From positions 71,114,001 through 71,178,000 of the forward strand of contig NC_043009.1 in assembly GCF_006345805.1 (NCBI RefSeq): DNA of 64,000 bases. The letters are read 5' to 3'. The position numbers and the translations under genes were made by a program. This stretch comes from Octopus sinensis. Its lineage: Eukaryota. How positions within the stretch are numbered: the first letter of the stretch is position 1; every line of letters begins with the position of its first letter. This document shows positions 1 to 13,668 of this stretch, one piece after another. Under the pieces are notes generated by a model that was given only the letters and a program-made list of their open reading frames with translations, made no database searches and had not been told where the DNA came from.

Positions 1-1420
1 TAATCGTGACAACTCTGATCACTCTCGAGGTCTTGTAGCCCCGAAAATCAATGAAAGATGGCCTCCACTCTAATCAACTCCGCAACATAAGCAACTTCAA
101 GCAGTAACAACAAAACCAGCAACAATATCAGCATCAGCAGCAGCACCACCACCACCACCACTACCACTACCACCAGGCGCTAAAATAACAGCAACATCTT
201 CAAGAAGGGCAATAACACCAGCAAGGGAAGCAACACCTACAAAAATAATGATGAAGTCCTACCAGCAAAAGTCGCCACATCATTAACAGCAGCAACAGTA
301 TTACAAAATATCCAAGACAACAATAACAACAGACCAAAAATTAAAAAAACTCCCTTACACGGACAAGTTGCGTGGCGAAGATGATGTGGGAAACTCTAAA
401 TGCAAAAGATCTCAAAAGAAGAAACGAAAAAAGCGAAGAATATTAAACCAACAAAATTGCTGGAAGTTCCAAGGAACTTTGCAGATGCATTTAAACGATA
501 CTCCAACACCACCAACAACAACATCAACAGCAACAACAGTGCCATTGCTAGCAACACCACATATAATTCTACACGTGAAATACAAGCACAGCTTTATCAG
601 ACCCACGCCATCAATCATAACAGCAAACCGCAACGCGAATAACAAACAAAGCGCTAATTATAAGGCCATAGACACAAGTGACAACGAAAAAACTAATGGA
701 TGATACTTATCAACACACAAACATTACACAGGATGATTACAGCAAATCAACTAATAGCATACCTGCATACCTAAAAATTATTAAAACGATACCAAATTAC
801 TTCCGAGGGAATATTAATTTAAAAACTTGAAACTACCTTGCTTCAGACATCTGTGGGTATTCATAGGAAATCCCGCTCTTTAGTGTTCGTGGCTGATTGG
901 AGCGATCATGGATGCTTGAAGGGAGTGTTTGGATTTAGCTGAAAGGAGCTGATGAAAACCTGCTCAGGTGTTTTGAACTGGCTAGCAGCAACCGACTGAA
1001 TTTTCCGAATGTGCCACTGAGGACATGGACAAATAGGTCATCCTGTCTGTATCTCGATAAAGTATTCTGAAGGCTAGTAGATAAGAACAGCACAAGTTGG
1101 TCACAATTTCAAATCGTCAGCTACACAGAGCACAAAATCGTTTATCTGTACGATCAGCCTAAAATGGCTTCATAGGCAGGATCCTAGTTACTGGATTTTC
1201 AACCCTTTGGTCCTGGTGCGGCAAGCTCACAGAAACCGGATTAGCGAATTATTTTCGTTAACAATAAATCGCAGTTCGCCCTCGAAAAGGCAATTAAAGT
1301 AGCGCCGCTAAGGTTTCGTAAGAAAACAGTGATAACAGAGAGAATTATATTAGAGCGATGCCTAACTAGAAAAGGCATTCGGGAAAGGCATCGCAGTTGA
1401 CACACTTGACATGACTGGAC
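1..1420 (+). mobile_element. Decayed L1/Tx1-type non-LTR relic: low-complexity ORF1 tail followed by APE endonuclease remnant
   Basis: Manual translation near 1020-1210 gives TWTNRSSCLYLDKVF, SYTEHKIV and YWIFN, matching the APE C-terminal motifs TWxN...YLDRV, SDHK and YWKxN. Stops and frameshifts are present. The upstream Q/N/T/S-rich tract resembles the ORF1 tail at 57100-57300. Confidence 0.6.
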
Positions 1421-1841
1421 CTTTACCAATTCTTCAATGAAAAGTCCTCTTTTGTGGAATTATTGTTCGTCTTCACGCTCTTTCATGTAATCCGACATTG
1501 TATCATTCTGTGGCGACCTTAATCATTTTGAGGAACCCTAAAAGTTTAATAAGAAAAAACATTATTATCATTTTATTATTCTTGTTGTTGTTGTTATCTT
1601 CAGGATGGTTGATTGGCAGAATCGTTTAAACGACCAGTTGAATGCAGTGTGCTACTTGTTCTAGCCCAGCCTTCTGCGTTCAATCCTCACCAAGGTCAAG
1701 ATTCCATTACAGCCTTCAGGGGTCGCTCAACTAAAATACCGAAGAGAAAATGGAGAAGATTCAATAGAACCGTTTTCTTTGGCCTTTTTCCAAATTACTT
1801 TTATTCCTAATCTCCACACCGGTCTCCCTTTTAGCATATTT

Positions 1842-1990
1842 TTCTTCTTCTTCTTCTTCTTCTTCTTCTTCTCTTCTTCTTCTTCTTCTTCTTCTTCTTC
1901 TTCTTCTTCTTCTTCTTCTTCTTCTTCTTCTTCTTCTTCTTCTTCTTCTACTCCTTCTCCTCCTCCTCCTCATCCTCCTTCTTCTTTTTC
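1842..1990. repeat. (CTT)n/(CCT)n microsatellite
   Basis: Direct reading. Confidence 0.95.
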
Positions 1991-2818
1991 TTCCCCTGTC
2001 GTCTTTGTTTTCCTCTTCTGTCTTTTCTTCTTTAGGTTTCTCTTTGTAGTTTTTCTTTCTAATCTCTTTCCCTTTTCCTTCTTTCTCTTCACTCTTTCCT
2101 CTTATCCTTCTTTTCGTCTTTTTCGTCTATGTATTCCCCTTTTTCTTCTCTTAATCTTCTTTTGTCTTCTGACAACTCTTTCACTTCCTTATTTCTGTTT
2201 TTATTCTTTTTCGTCTTAATTTTTCTCTTCTTCAACTCAATTTTCTCATTTTCATTAGGAAGAAGAAAGAAAACGGAATTCTCATTCCGTTTTCTTTCGT
2301 CTTCCTGAACGATTTTCAGGATGACAAAACCCGCAGCACAACAGGTGTAAAAACAGGTGTAAAAACAGTGCAATATTAGCATTTAGTTCTGTCTTTGCGT
2401 TCAGATCTTGCTGTGGAGCGAGGTCGACTTTGTTGCCATTCTTCGGTGCGAAGTGGTTGAAGAATGGTAAGTGATGGAGAAGCAGCAAGCGCTGAAACAA
2501 TCGATCAGTTACTCTCTTCTCTAACCTGTCTTTCTCGCCTTTAAATGTGCCTATGATTCTGTCTTCAGTCATAAGGAAAATCAATGTGTGTGTGTGTGTG
2601 GGCGCGCGCTTATGTGTGTCCAATATTTCAGGTGGTTATTAATTTATGCTCAATGCCATCAAAGCGGTGACCGACACTAATATTCCAATATTTCCACCAT
2701 ATGAATCTTGCTTTTCCAGAGTTAGCCCCACCCCCTCCTCTCATGCTCTACACGGAGCCATGGACTGAAACACACGGCAAAGTATGTGCAATGCGCAGAG
2801 CAAAGGTCTGTGAAAATA

Positions 2819-2840
2819 TCTCTCTCTCTCTTTTCTCTTC

Positions 2841-2910
<70 letters not shown>
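2819..2910. repeat. (CT)n microsatellite
   Basis: Direct reading. Confidence 0.95.
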
Positions 2911-2914
<4 letters not shown>

Positions 2915-3234
2915 ATACATTTCTATGTATCTACCTCTTTCTAGCTCTTCCCGTTGACATGTTACGCAATCTCACAGAAACAATGTGCATTTTGAATATT
3001 TCTTTCTCTTTAACACAACTGAAAATACAAACTGGAAGGTCACCTGTGGGTTTGTTTTTAATATAAGAGCATCTCTAAATAGGTTGGAAATTTGTATTGA
3101 TTTGATTCTGGGGGGAGGGGGAAAATAGCAAGTCATGGGGGAGAGGAAAATAAAAGAATATGAAAAAGAGGAGAGAGATTCTTGTTATGTATTTCATGCT
3201 TTTCTTACGCTCGTTGGACCGAAAACTTGAAGAT

Positions 3235-3590
<356 letters not shown>

Positions 3591-3976
3591 TGTGTGTATC
3601 TTCCGTGTGTCTGTGTATGTGCGTGTGTGTGGGCGAGAGAGGGAGAAATAATCAGAAATTATATATACATACACAGATAGGCTGATAGAGAGAAAGAAAA
3701 AATATATAACATGTGATATGCTGTAATATATACATGTGTGTGTGCGTATGTGTGTGTGTGCGTATGTGTGTGTGTGTGCGTATGTGTGTGTGTGTGTGTG
3801 TATGTGTGTGATTCGTAGTACAAATAGGAAAGATACATCTCGATACATGGAATATATTTATTTATTCAATATTTCAATACAAACCAATAAAAACGGGACA
3901 ATTCCTTGAGTTGCGGACTTCAGTTTGGGGTGAACTTCTAATCTTTTGAACCCGTAAAATAGATGCACACTTAACG

Positions 3977-4012
<36 letters not shown>

Positions 4013-4784
4013 GTGTGTGTGTGGTGTGTGTGTGTGTGTTTGTATGTATATGTATATGTATATGTATATGCGTGTATACATATGTATATATATATTTATA
4101 TACATACATACACGCATATTACATACACACTCACTCGTGCAAGCATAAACACATACTATGGGTGTGAATGAGTGTGCGTGTCTCTGTGTGTGTGCGTGTC
4201 TGTGTGTGTGTGTCTGTGTGTGTGAGTGTGTGTAGCAAACGTGACGTTAGTTGGCTATGAATGTATAGCAATTCTTTGGCACCACTCAAAATAAAACTGA
4301 ACCGAAAATTACAGTTGCTGCCTCAACTATTTAATACACATTTTGGCAAAATTATCAAGAACATGGAAACCTTACCAAAAATAAAATACAAACATTCATA
4401 AAACGCACAAAAACATGTGGAGTAAAAAAAGAAATACCATGGTGTCTCGAAATTTACAAAGGCATAACATTATATTATTTATAATCTGGCGTTGAGTATT
4501 TTAACAGTAATAAAAATTATCCTCAAGAGCCTTTGCGTGTCAACGCATAACGCGCAAACAAGCCATCAAAGTAGATTATTTTGAAAAGGAGATTGTGAAA
4601 GCCTTTGAATCGTCCGATTAAGGGATTTAGGAAAGCTATAGTCCCAAATTAAACATAAAGGATTAATACGAAGTATAAACAGTCCTTAATAAAGATCCGA
4701 AACTTGAACATGATTGGGTTTTTAATGCATACATGCATCGAACATACATACCTGCATACATACTCACACGCGCTCACACATATA

Positions 4785-4797
4785 ATGATAATAATAA

Positions 4798-4885
<88 letters not shown>

Positions 4886-4897
4886 AATAATAATAAT

Positions 4898-4942
<45 letters not shown>

Positions 4943-4958
4943 AATAATAATAATATTA

Positions 4959-5041
<83 letters not shown>

Positions 5042-5160
5042 AATAATAATAATATTAGTAATAATAATAATAATAATAATATAATAATGATAATAATAAT
5101 AATATAATAATAATAATAATGATAATGATAATAATAATAATAATATTAGTAATAATAATG

Positions 5161-5195
<35 letters not shown>

Positions 5196-5237
5196 AATAA
5201 TAATAATATTAGTAATAATATAATAATAATAATAATA

Positions 5238-5279
<42 letters not shown>

Positions 5280-5295
5280 AATAATAATAATATTA

Positions 5296-5375
<80 letters not shown>

Positions 5376-5391
5376 AATAATAATAATATTA

Positions 5392-5441
<50 letters not shown>

Positions 5442-5492
5442 AATAATAATAATATTAGTATTAATAATAATAATAATATAATAATATTAATG

Positions 5493-5536
<44 letters not shown>

Positions 5537-5570
5537 AATAATGATAATGATAATAATAATAATAATATTA

Positions 5571-5664
<94 letters not shown>

Positions 5665-5761
5665 TAATAATAATAATGATATAGTAATAATAATAATAAT
5701 AATAATAGTATTAGTAATAATAATAATAATAATATTAGTAATAATAATAATAATGATATTA

Positions 5762-5797
<36 letters not shown>

Positions 5798-5940
5798 TTA
5801 GTAATAATAATAATAATAATATTAGTAATAATAATAATAATAATATTAGTAATAATAATAATAATGATATTAGTAATAATAATAATAATAATATAATAAT
5901 AATAATAATAATATTAGTAATAATAATAATGATATTAGTA

Positions 5941-5977
<37 letters not shown>

Positions 5978-5993
5978 AATAATAATAATATTA

Positions 5994-6044
<51 letters not shown>

Positions 6045-6071
6045 TTAGTAATAATAATAATAATGATATTA

Positions 6072-6121
<50 letters not shown>

Positions 6122-6185
6122 AATAATAATAATATTAGTAATAATAATAATAATAATATTAGTAATAATAATAATAATGATATTA

Positions 6186-6224
<39 letters not shown>

Positions 6225-6359
6225 TTATAAGTAATAATAATAATAATAATATTAGTAATAATAATAATAATGATATTAGTAATAATAATAATAATAATAA
6301 TATTAGTAAAAATAATAATAATAATATTAGTAATAATAATAATAATGATATTAGTAATA

Positions 6360-6394
<35 letters not shown>

Positions 6395-6431
6395 AATAAT
6401 AATAATATTAGTAATAATAATAATAATATTA

Positions 6432-6478
<47 letters not shown>

Positions 6479-6536
6479 AATAATAATAATATTAGTAATA
6501 ATAATAATAATAATAATAATATAATAATAATAATTA

Positions 6537-6602
<66 letters not shown>

Positions 6603-6731
6603 TTAGTATAATAATAATAATAATAATTAGTAATAATAATAATAATGATATTAGTAATAATAATAATAATAATATTAGTAAAAATAATAATAATAATATT
6701 AGTAATAATAATAATAATGATATTAGTAATA

Positions 6732-6766
<35 letters not shown>

Positions 6767-6833
6767 AATAATAATAATATTAGTAATAATAATAATAATA
6801 ATAATATTAGTAATAATAATAATAATAATATTA

Positions 6834-6892
<59 letters not shown>

Positions 6893-6920
6893 AATAATAA
6901 TAATATTAGTAATAATAATA

Positions 6921-6973
<53 letters not shown>
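4785..6973. repeat. About 2.2-kb (TAA)n array with GAT and ATTAGT variants and higher-order duplication
   Basis: Direct reading. The private variant TTAGTAAAAAT occurs at 6303 and 6675. Confidence 0.95.
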
Positions 6974-6974
<1 letters not shown>

Positions 6975-6976
<2 letters not shown>

Positions 6977-7498
6977 GCCCTGATGCAGTACCTGGCAGCG
7001 ACTCTCATGGCTTCTGATCTTAACTGACTGGAAGTGTTATCACGTACCTTGTTTTGTCTTGGTATAAAAGATGGGCCACAGCAAATATTCTGCTCAATAC
7101 CAGAGATTTGCTTGTCAGTTGTTTGACTTTAACCAGTTGAGCATGTCCCTTAGTGGCTGACGATATGTGCATCTCTGATCACGAGCAGAAGTAGTGGGGG
7201 AGCATCATAGCCATGTGTTGAGAGGGATTCTTTGGGGTTTGAATGATTCACATCTGGAAACATGGGTGTTTCATTCAACATCCTTAAACAACCCTTAATC
7301 AGGGACCTTTTGAGTGGGATGGGTTACCCAACCAGAAGAAAATTCTAACTGAGCCCCACCTGCAAGGTCATGCGCTGTTTATCTTGATATGAGATCACCA
7401 TGTCGCGCACATATGGTTGTGATGCATGTACCTGGTGTACCCTTATCAGACGGGTAGTCATGATGGGTATTTGATGGCCTGCACTGCTCTCTCACTCA
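6975..7498. mobile_element. Non-coding about 520-bp interspersed element embedded in (TAA)n, probably non-autonomous and TAA-targeted
   Basis: Complex sequence without an ORF, bounded on both sides by AAT repeats (array ending 6973; 7499-7515). Confidence 0.5.
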
Positions 7499-7566
7499 AT
7501 AATAATAATAATAATGAAATTATTATGTATAGAGCCCAGGTGCACTGCAATATGTACGTATGTATA

Positions 7567-7637
<71 letters not shown>

Positions 7638-8402
7638 GTGTGTGTGTGTGTGTGTGTGTGTGCACACACACATAATATATGTATTGTATACATATGTGTG
7701 TGTGTGATATACATAGTAGTAATAGAGGACCAGGCGAGTGACTTAGGTAAGTTAGGAATTCTGTTAGACTTATAAACAAATAGATTTATGGAGTGAGACC
7801 ATACAGAGGGTGGGAGGGAGAGATAGAGGGGACGAGAGAGAGAGGGAGAGAGAGAGGGAGAGGGAGAGGGAGGACGAGAGATAAACCGACACTGAAGCTA
7901 ATCTGCTCGCAAGTGTGTCTGAACAAAAGCTGTGGCAGAGTCATGTGTGTGTGTGTAGGCATATGACGTGAGTTAAATAGAAAGAAAGAGAGACATTGAC
8001 TCAGCCACGTGCTTCCATACATGTAAACATACAAACAACCGTTTACACAGACGGACATGCATCAAGGAGCGCGCGCTCGCGCAAACAGACACACCTACGT
8101 CACGCAAATTACAATTGATTCATGGTTTCGGAACTGGACGCTTGAGATGTTAAAAATGAAGCGGTCGGGGTTTCTTTCTTTTTTTTCATATATTTTCTTC
8201 CGGTGTATTATTATGATTTGGATTAAAGCCTGTACAGTGATGCGATGTCAACAGTTAAACATCTGTATTGAACTTGCAGCCTCTTCCGATACATCTTCTC
8301 TTCTCTTACATTGTCCTCCGTGACAGTCTTCACCATTCAGAGTTAATGATTGCAATATAACATTATTGATACAGCAAAACAAACGATCGATTCTGACCGT
8401 AT

Positions 8403-8486
<84 letters not shown>

Positions 8487-8671
8487 TGTGTGTGTGTGTA
8501 TGTATATATATATATGTATGTATGTATTCTTTCATACGTGCCATTTAGTGCAGGTCAAATGGTATAGCCAAGTGATGCGTAATTCTAAAGAGGTCGAGGT
8601 TAGTATATATTAGGTGCTTTTTCAGATATCTGTCTTTGACTGTCTGCTTTTCTTTCTATCTATCTCTCTAA

Positions 8672-8719
<48 letters not shown>

Positions 8720-8869
8720 GTCTGTCTGTTTGCTTGTCTGTCTTTCCATTTATCATTATATCTGTTTTTTGTTTATCTATATATCTATGCATTTAGATGC
8801 TAACATCCCTCATTTTCTCTCTCATTCTCTCCATATGTGTGCATGTTTGTGTGTATGTATATGTATGCG

Positions 8870-8927
<58 letters not shown>

Positions 8928-9338
8928 TAATTACAAATATGTGTCTGTATAAGTATATGTATGTGTGTGTGGTGTGTGTGTGTGTTTGTAATGTCTGAGT
9001 AGATATGTGAAAAAAAAGGATGTAATTCTAAAATAAGTCATCTCTTCGATGAAGAAGATCGATAAAATGATAACCAATAGCCAAGAGTCGATATCTTTAA
9101 AACCCTTCAAGGCAATGTCCCGCAATGGCTGCAGTCCAATTACTGAAAAACTAGTCGAGGGTTTAATGGTAACAACATAATAATTTAACTACCTTCTTGT
9201 CCATCTCACTTATTGTCTTTGTATGTTAAAATAAATATATATATCCCTCTCGCTTTCTCTTTCTTTCTCTTTCTCACTCTTTTGTATAAAGTGTGCTACT
9301 ATATATATGTGTATCATTGTATGCTGCATGTGTGTGTA

Positions 9339-9369
<31 letters not shown>

Positions 9370-9373
9370 GCAT

Positions 9374-9428
<55 letters not shown>

Positions 9429-10539
9429 TATATATACATATATATATGTATATATATGTATGTATATGTATGTATGGATGGATGGATGGATGTCTTTTAT
9501 TGAAGAAAATTTTCACAAACTGTTACTGAGAGTTTCACGCAACCGATCGTCACGATTATCAGACTTCCTGACGATCATTTACATGAAACCCGGTTACAGT
9601 CTGTGAAATCTTTTTCAGCTTCATTATATTAATTCTGCCTTTCGTAATCGAGTACTATTTTCCTAAACATTTTTTTTACTTATATACTTACAGGAGTTCC
9701 TCAACGCGCGCTCCCGCGTATACTACATATATTTACACAGAGACACACACATACGTATACTTGTGTGTGCGTGTGTGTTGATCACTGAGAAAAGCTAAAT
9801 TACAGAACTCGGTACATGGCTGCAGAATACTCCTTTCTTCATTTCTACATGCCTACATGAAAGGCTTATAATTCCCAGTTCTCAGAGTTTCCCATTTTCG
9901 ATCATACAGCTGGAAATCCGACCTCGTTTGATTATATTTTGAGAAATTATACGAATATTTCCAAGAAAATGCTTATACTTGAGATTGTTTCCCCCCATAT
10001 CGTGCGAACGACATGTGCAAAAGAATGGCTGTCTCAAATTCACGTTTTTCGCTTTATTTCTGCTCCCCGTGGGAATATTCAAAACGTCTTAACTCTCATA
10101 CAGGGAAGGTCACGTCAAGAATTGTCCTCAAGAAATTGCGTTGTTGTTTAAGGAATATTTCAAAAACACAATACTCTCAGAAGCAGGTCGGAATTCAAGG
10201 AGGCTGGTATTTACATCGAAGACACTTAACTCGTGCATAGGAGGCGTTAAGAGTTCGGTTCTTGTTCAAACTGTTTCTTGAAATAAAATTTTTGTTATTC
10301 GATCAAAGGTCAGTCTGCATTTTCTGCCTTCAAGATACCTTCGCTGATTGGCTCTTTCTTATCTAAAATCGATCTTACACAAATGTAGGCACGGACATAA
10401 ATATACACGAATGTGTATTTGCGTGTGTATGTATTCCAATATGTGTGTACACATGAATGTGTGTGTGTGTGCGCGTGTGTGTGCGTACTTATACGCTTCT
10501 GTGTGTGCATATATGTGTGTATGTGAGTGTCTGCTTGAC

Positions 10540-10615
<76 letters not shown>

Positions 10616-10617
10616 CA

Positions 10618-10654
<37 letters not shown>

Positions 10655-10683
10655 ATATGCAGACACATATGTGCTTGTATGAA

Positions 10684-10988
10684 GGTGAGTGACCCAGTGG
10701 TTAGAGTGTCGCACTCGCAACCGCTAGACCATGAGTTCGATTCCCAGGTCGAGCGGTACATTGTGTTCTTCAGCAAAAACCCTCCATTTCATCTTGTTCC
10801 AGTCAACTCAGCTATAAATGAGTCACCCCCACGTGCGAAGGAATAGCCTTCTTCCGGTCAGGATGGCGGGGGCTGTCGGCTTGACCGCCTCACCAGCAGA
10901 GAAGCATCATTCGAAAACTAAAGTGATGCAAAACGCATCGTCACCAGCGATGTATAACATCCGATAATTTGGTCGATCACGCGATGTA
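10684..10988 (+). mobile_element. tRNA-derived SINE (family with GTGTTCTT.AGCAA core), copy 1 of the tandem duplication
   Basis: A-box-like CCCAGTGGTTAGAGTG and B-box-like GAGTTCGATTCCC, with a non-tRNA body. Confidence 0.75.
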
Positions 10989-11153
10989 CATATGCGTGTA
11001 TATATATATTTTTTTTTCAGTAAAAGCAATTAAGATTCAAGTGAGTTCCAATGAATCCATTCTTGTTGCTTTTTTCTTGTGTATATATATATACACACAC
11101 ACACACACAACACACACACACACACACACACACATATTATATATATATATATA

Positions 11154-11202
<49 letters not shown>

Positions 11203-11204
11203 CA

Positions 11205-11243
<39 letters not shown>

Positions 11244-11272
11244 ATATGCAGACACATATGTGCTTGTATGAA

Positions 11273-11577
11273 GGTGAGTGACCCAGTGGTTAGAGTGTCG
11301 CACTCGCAACCGCTAGACCATGAGTTCGATTCCCAGGTCGAGCGGTACATTGTGTTCTTCAGCAAAAACCCTCCATTTCATCTTGTTCCAGTCAACTCAG
11401 CTATAAATGAGTCACCCCCACGTGCGAAGGAATAGCCTTCTTCCGGTCAGGATGGCGGGGGCTGTCGGCTTGACCGCCTCACCAGCAGAGAAGCATCATT
11501 CGAAAACTAAAGTGATGCAAAACGCATCGTCACCAGCGATGTATAACATCCGATAATTTGGTCGATCACGCGATGTA
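11273..11577 (+). mobile_element. tRNA-derived SINE, copy 2 of the tandem duplication
   Basis: Identical to 10684-10988. Confidence 0.75.
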
Positions 11578-11672
11578 CATATGCGTGTATATATATTTTT
11601 TTTTTTTTCAGTAAAAGCAATTAAGATTCAAGTGAGTTCCAATGAATCCATTCTTGTTGCTTTTTTCTTGTG

Positions 11673-11750
<78 letters not shown>

Positions 11751-11753
<3 letters not shown>

Positions 11754-11908
11754 ATAAGATATCGACCTTATCAAGTGGCCAGCATGGGAATAAAATCTTT
11801 CAAAGGTAATAATTATTATTAAAATTATAATTTAGGATATCTAAAATATACCTCCACGCTGGAAATAGCAGCCAAAGCTTAACTCTAAAACCACATTAAT
11901 GTGGTTTT
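11751..11908 (+). mobile_element. Arm of a foldback/MITE family element, interrupted by (GATA)n
   Basis: Homologous to the reverse complement of 18962-19122. Ends in the palindrome AAAACCACATTAATGTGGTTTT. Confidence 0.65.
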
Positions 11909-12010
<102 letters not shown>

Positions 12011-12552
12011 TATTAAGAAATAGAGTCAAACTTAGATATTATTCAAATCATTTATAATTCGAACATTTGTTTCGAAGAAAGCATTGAGATTATTCCGGAA
12101 GAAATAAAAATTATGTAAAACAATGCAATTATTTCGTCAGAGAAAAAAGAGAAAGAAAACTCATCAAAAAGTCATTTTAACCGAATGGGATTACTGCGTG
12201 TATGATGAAGGGGAACGTTGATAGATTTAACGTGAAAAGTAATTTCGAGGAGGAGAAAGAAATAAATTAACAGAAAATTATGAGTGGAGAAATATAGTGT
12301 GAAAGATGAATGGAAATAGAGCTTAAAAGCGTGGAAATAAATATATGTAGTGGAAATGAAATGTAAGAAGACAGTTAAAGGTCGAATTTTATAGAAATAG
12401 TTGTAGGAACTAAAGGCCTGTTTTTAGCAATATTTACAACGATAAACGCATTCTTTAACGCTCTGGGTCGATTTGTTCGACCAAAGGCGGTGTTCCAGCA
12501 TGGCCGCAGTCAAGAAAAGACCATATATATATATATAAATATATATGTATGT

Positions 12553-13068
12553 TTGTTAGTTAGTTAGTTAATTTTTTGGCTCAAAAGCAAAAAGCAATGC
12601 CATGTAGGGGGACATGAAGTTATGTACAGGGTGGTGTTCATGTAAAGAGTTCAGGCCACTTGAGGTCAAGGGAGACTTTGAACCGAGCGCTCGTCGGCAT
12701 CTTCACCATCTCGTCTGGCAGCTTGTTCCACGGATCCGCAACCCGGACGGAGAAAGCCCCTCTCCTTCGATTGAGATGAAATCGTCGCAGATAGAGCTTT
12801 TCGGAATGACCCCGCAGCCGACGCTCTGGAGCAGGAGTGAAGAACAGCTCTTTCCAGAGGTTACACTTTCCGCTTATGATGTTGTGAGCGAGAATGAGAT
12901 CACCACGGCGGCAGCGTTTTTCGAGAGAATAAAGGTCGAGCGTCTTCAGCCTTTCTTCATAAGACAAATTCTTGAGACCATGAACCATGCGGGTAGCCAG
13001 CTTCTGGACTCTTTCGAGATGCTGTATGTCTTTGAGGAGATAAGAAGAGGCTTGAATCCCATACTCCA
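12553..13068 (-). mobile_element. 5'-truncated CR1/L2-type LINE: ORF2 C-terminus, short 3' UTR and (TAAC)n tail
   Basis: ORF 12638-13069 reads LERVQKLATRMV..LSYEERLKTLDLYSLEKRCRRGDLI...RGHSEKL...FSVRVADPWNKLP, a typical CR1 C-terminus. The tail appears as GTTAGTTAGTTAG on + at about 12553-12570. TA runs flank both ends. Confidence 0.9.
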
Positions 13069-13462
13069 ATATATATATATATAAAGGAAAATGCGCACAC
13101 TTACATAGGTTTAATATAAATTTTAATATATCGACCGGTTTCGCTATCGCTATTCATGATATTATGTTTTACTTATTTGAATATGTATTTTTTCTTAAGA
13201 TGAAATTTAGTCCATGTTGTGTGTGATGAAATTCATGAATGACTTCACAAGTAGATAAATAAAGGGAGGTAATTGGTTGTCGTTATTATTGTCATCGTTG
13301 TGGGTAAAGGAGATAACTGTTCAGTTTTCAGTAGTGGGTGGGGATTATATATGTGTACAGACAGAGACAAGTTCAAAAACTTTGTTTAGTAGGGGATTTA
13401 TGTACCGTGATGTAATCGTGAATTGAAATATGTAAAAAGATAAAAGTTGGTTATGAGTGCAT

Positions 13463-13645
13463 ATTAAGATGTGCTCGAGTTGCGGATACCACTATATTTG
13501 CCAAACGAGTATGACCTTGAGAAAAAGAACGACTCTACATAAGGAGCAAATCCGTTTCCCGCAATACAGATAAATTCCTCTCGGTGTACATATAGAAAAA
13601 TGTGCAGGTAACATCAAACCAATCGAAATTCCTCTTTTCTATTAC
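13463..13645 (+). pseudogene. Penelope-like GIY-YIG endonuclease fragment
   Basis: Manual translation IKMCSSCGYHYICQTSMTLRKRTTLHKEQIRFPQYR*IPLGVHIEKCA fits the PLE C-x2-C...YIGxT...LRxR...H pattern. Confidence 0.7.
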
Positions 13646-13668
13646 TGCTATATATATATATATATATA

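Larger units (their letters stand above)
10614..11690 (+). repeat. Tandem duplication of an about 590-bp unit
   Basis: 10614-11080 and 11201-11671 read identically apart from homopolymer and microsatellite lengths. Confidence 0.95.

Noticed and set aside
2340-2366. 12-bp tandem repeat ACAGGTGTAAAA with two E-boxes
   Set aside because: Simple local duplication with no supporting context.
4330-4660. Possible N-terminal relic of an R4/Dong-like ORF
   Set aside because: Only vague resemblance and no diagnostic motif.
4785-6973. CRISPR-like periodic array
   Set aside because: The units are triplet variants with no unique spacers and no cas genes.
5935-7008. 357-aa poly-Leu/Ile ORF and the many poly-IY, poly-HT, poly-CV, poly-N and poly-R ORFs
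   Set aside because: Direct translations of TAA, TA, CA/GT and AGA microsatellites, which lack stops in some frames.
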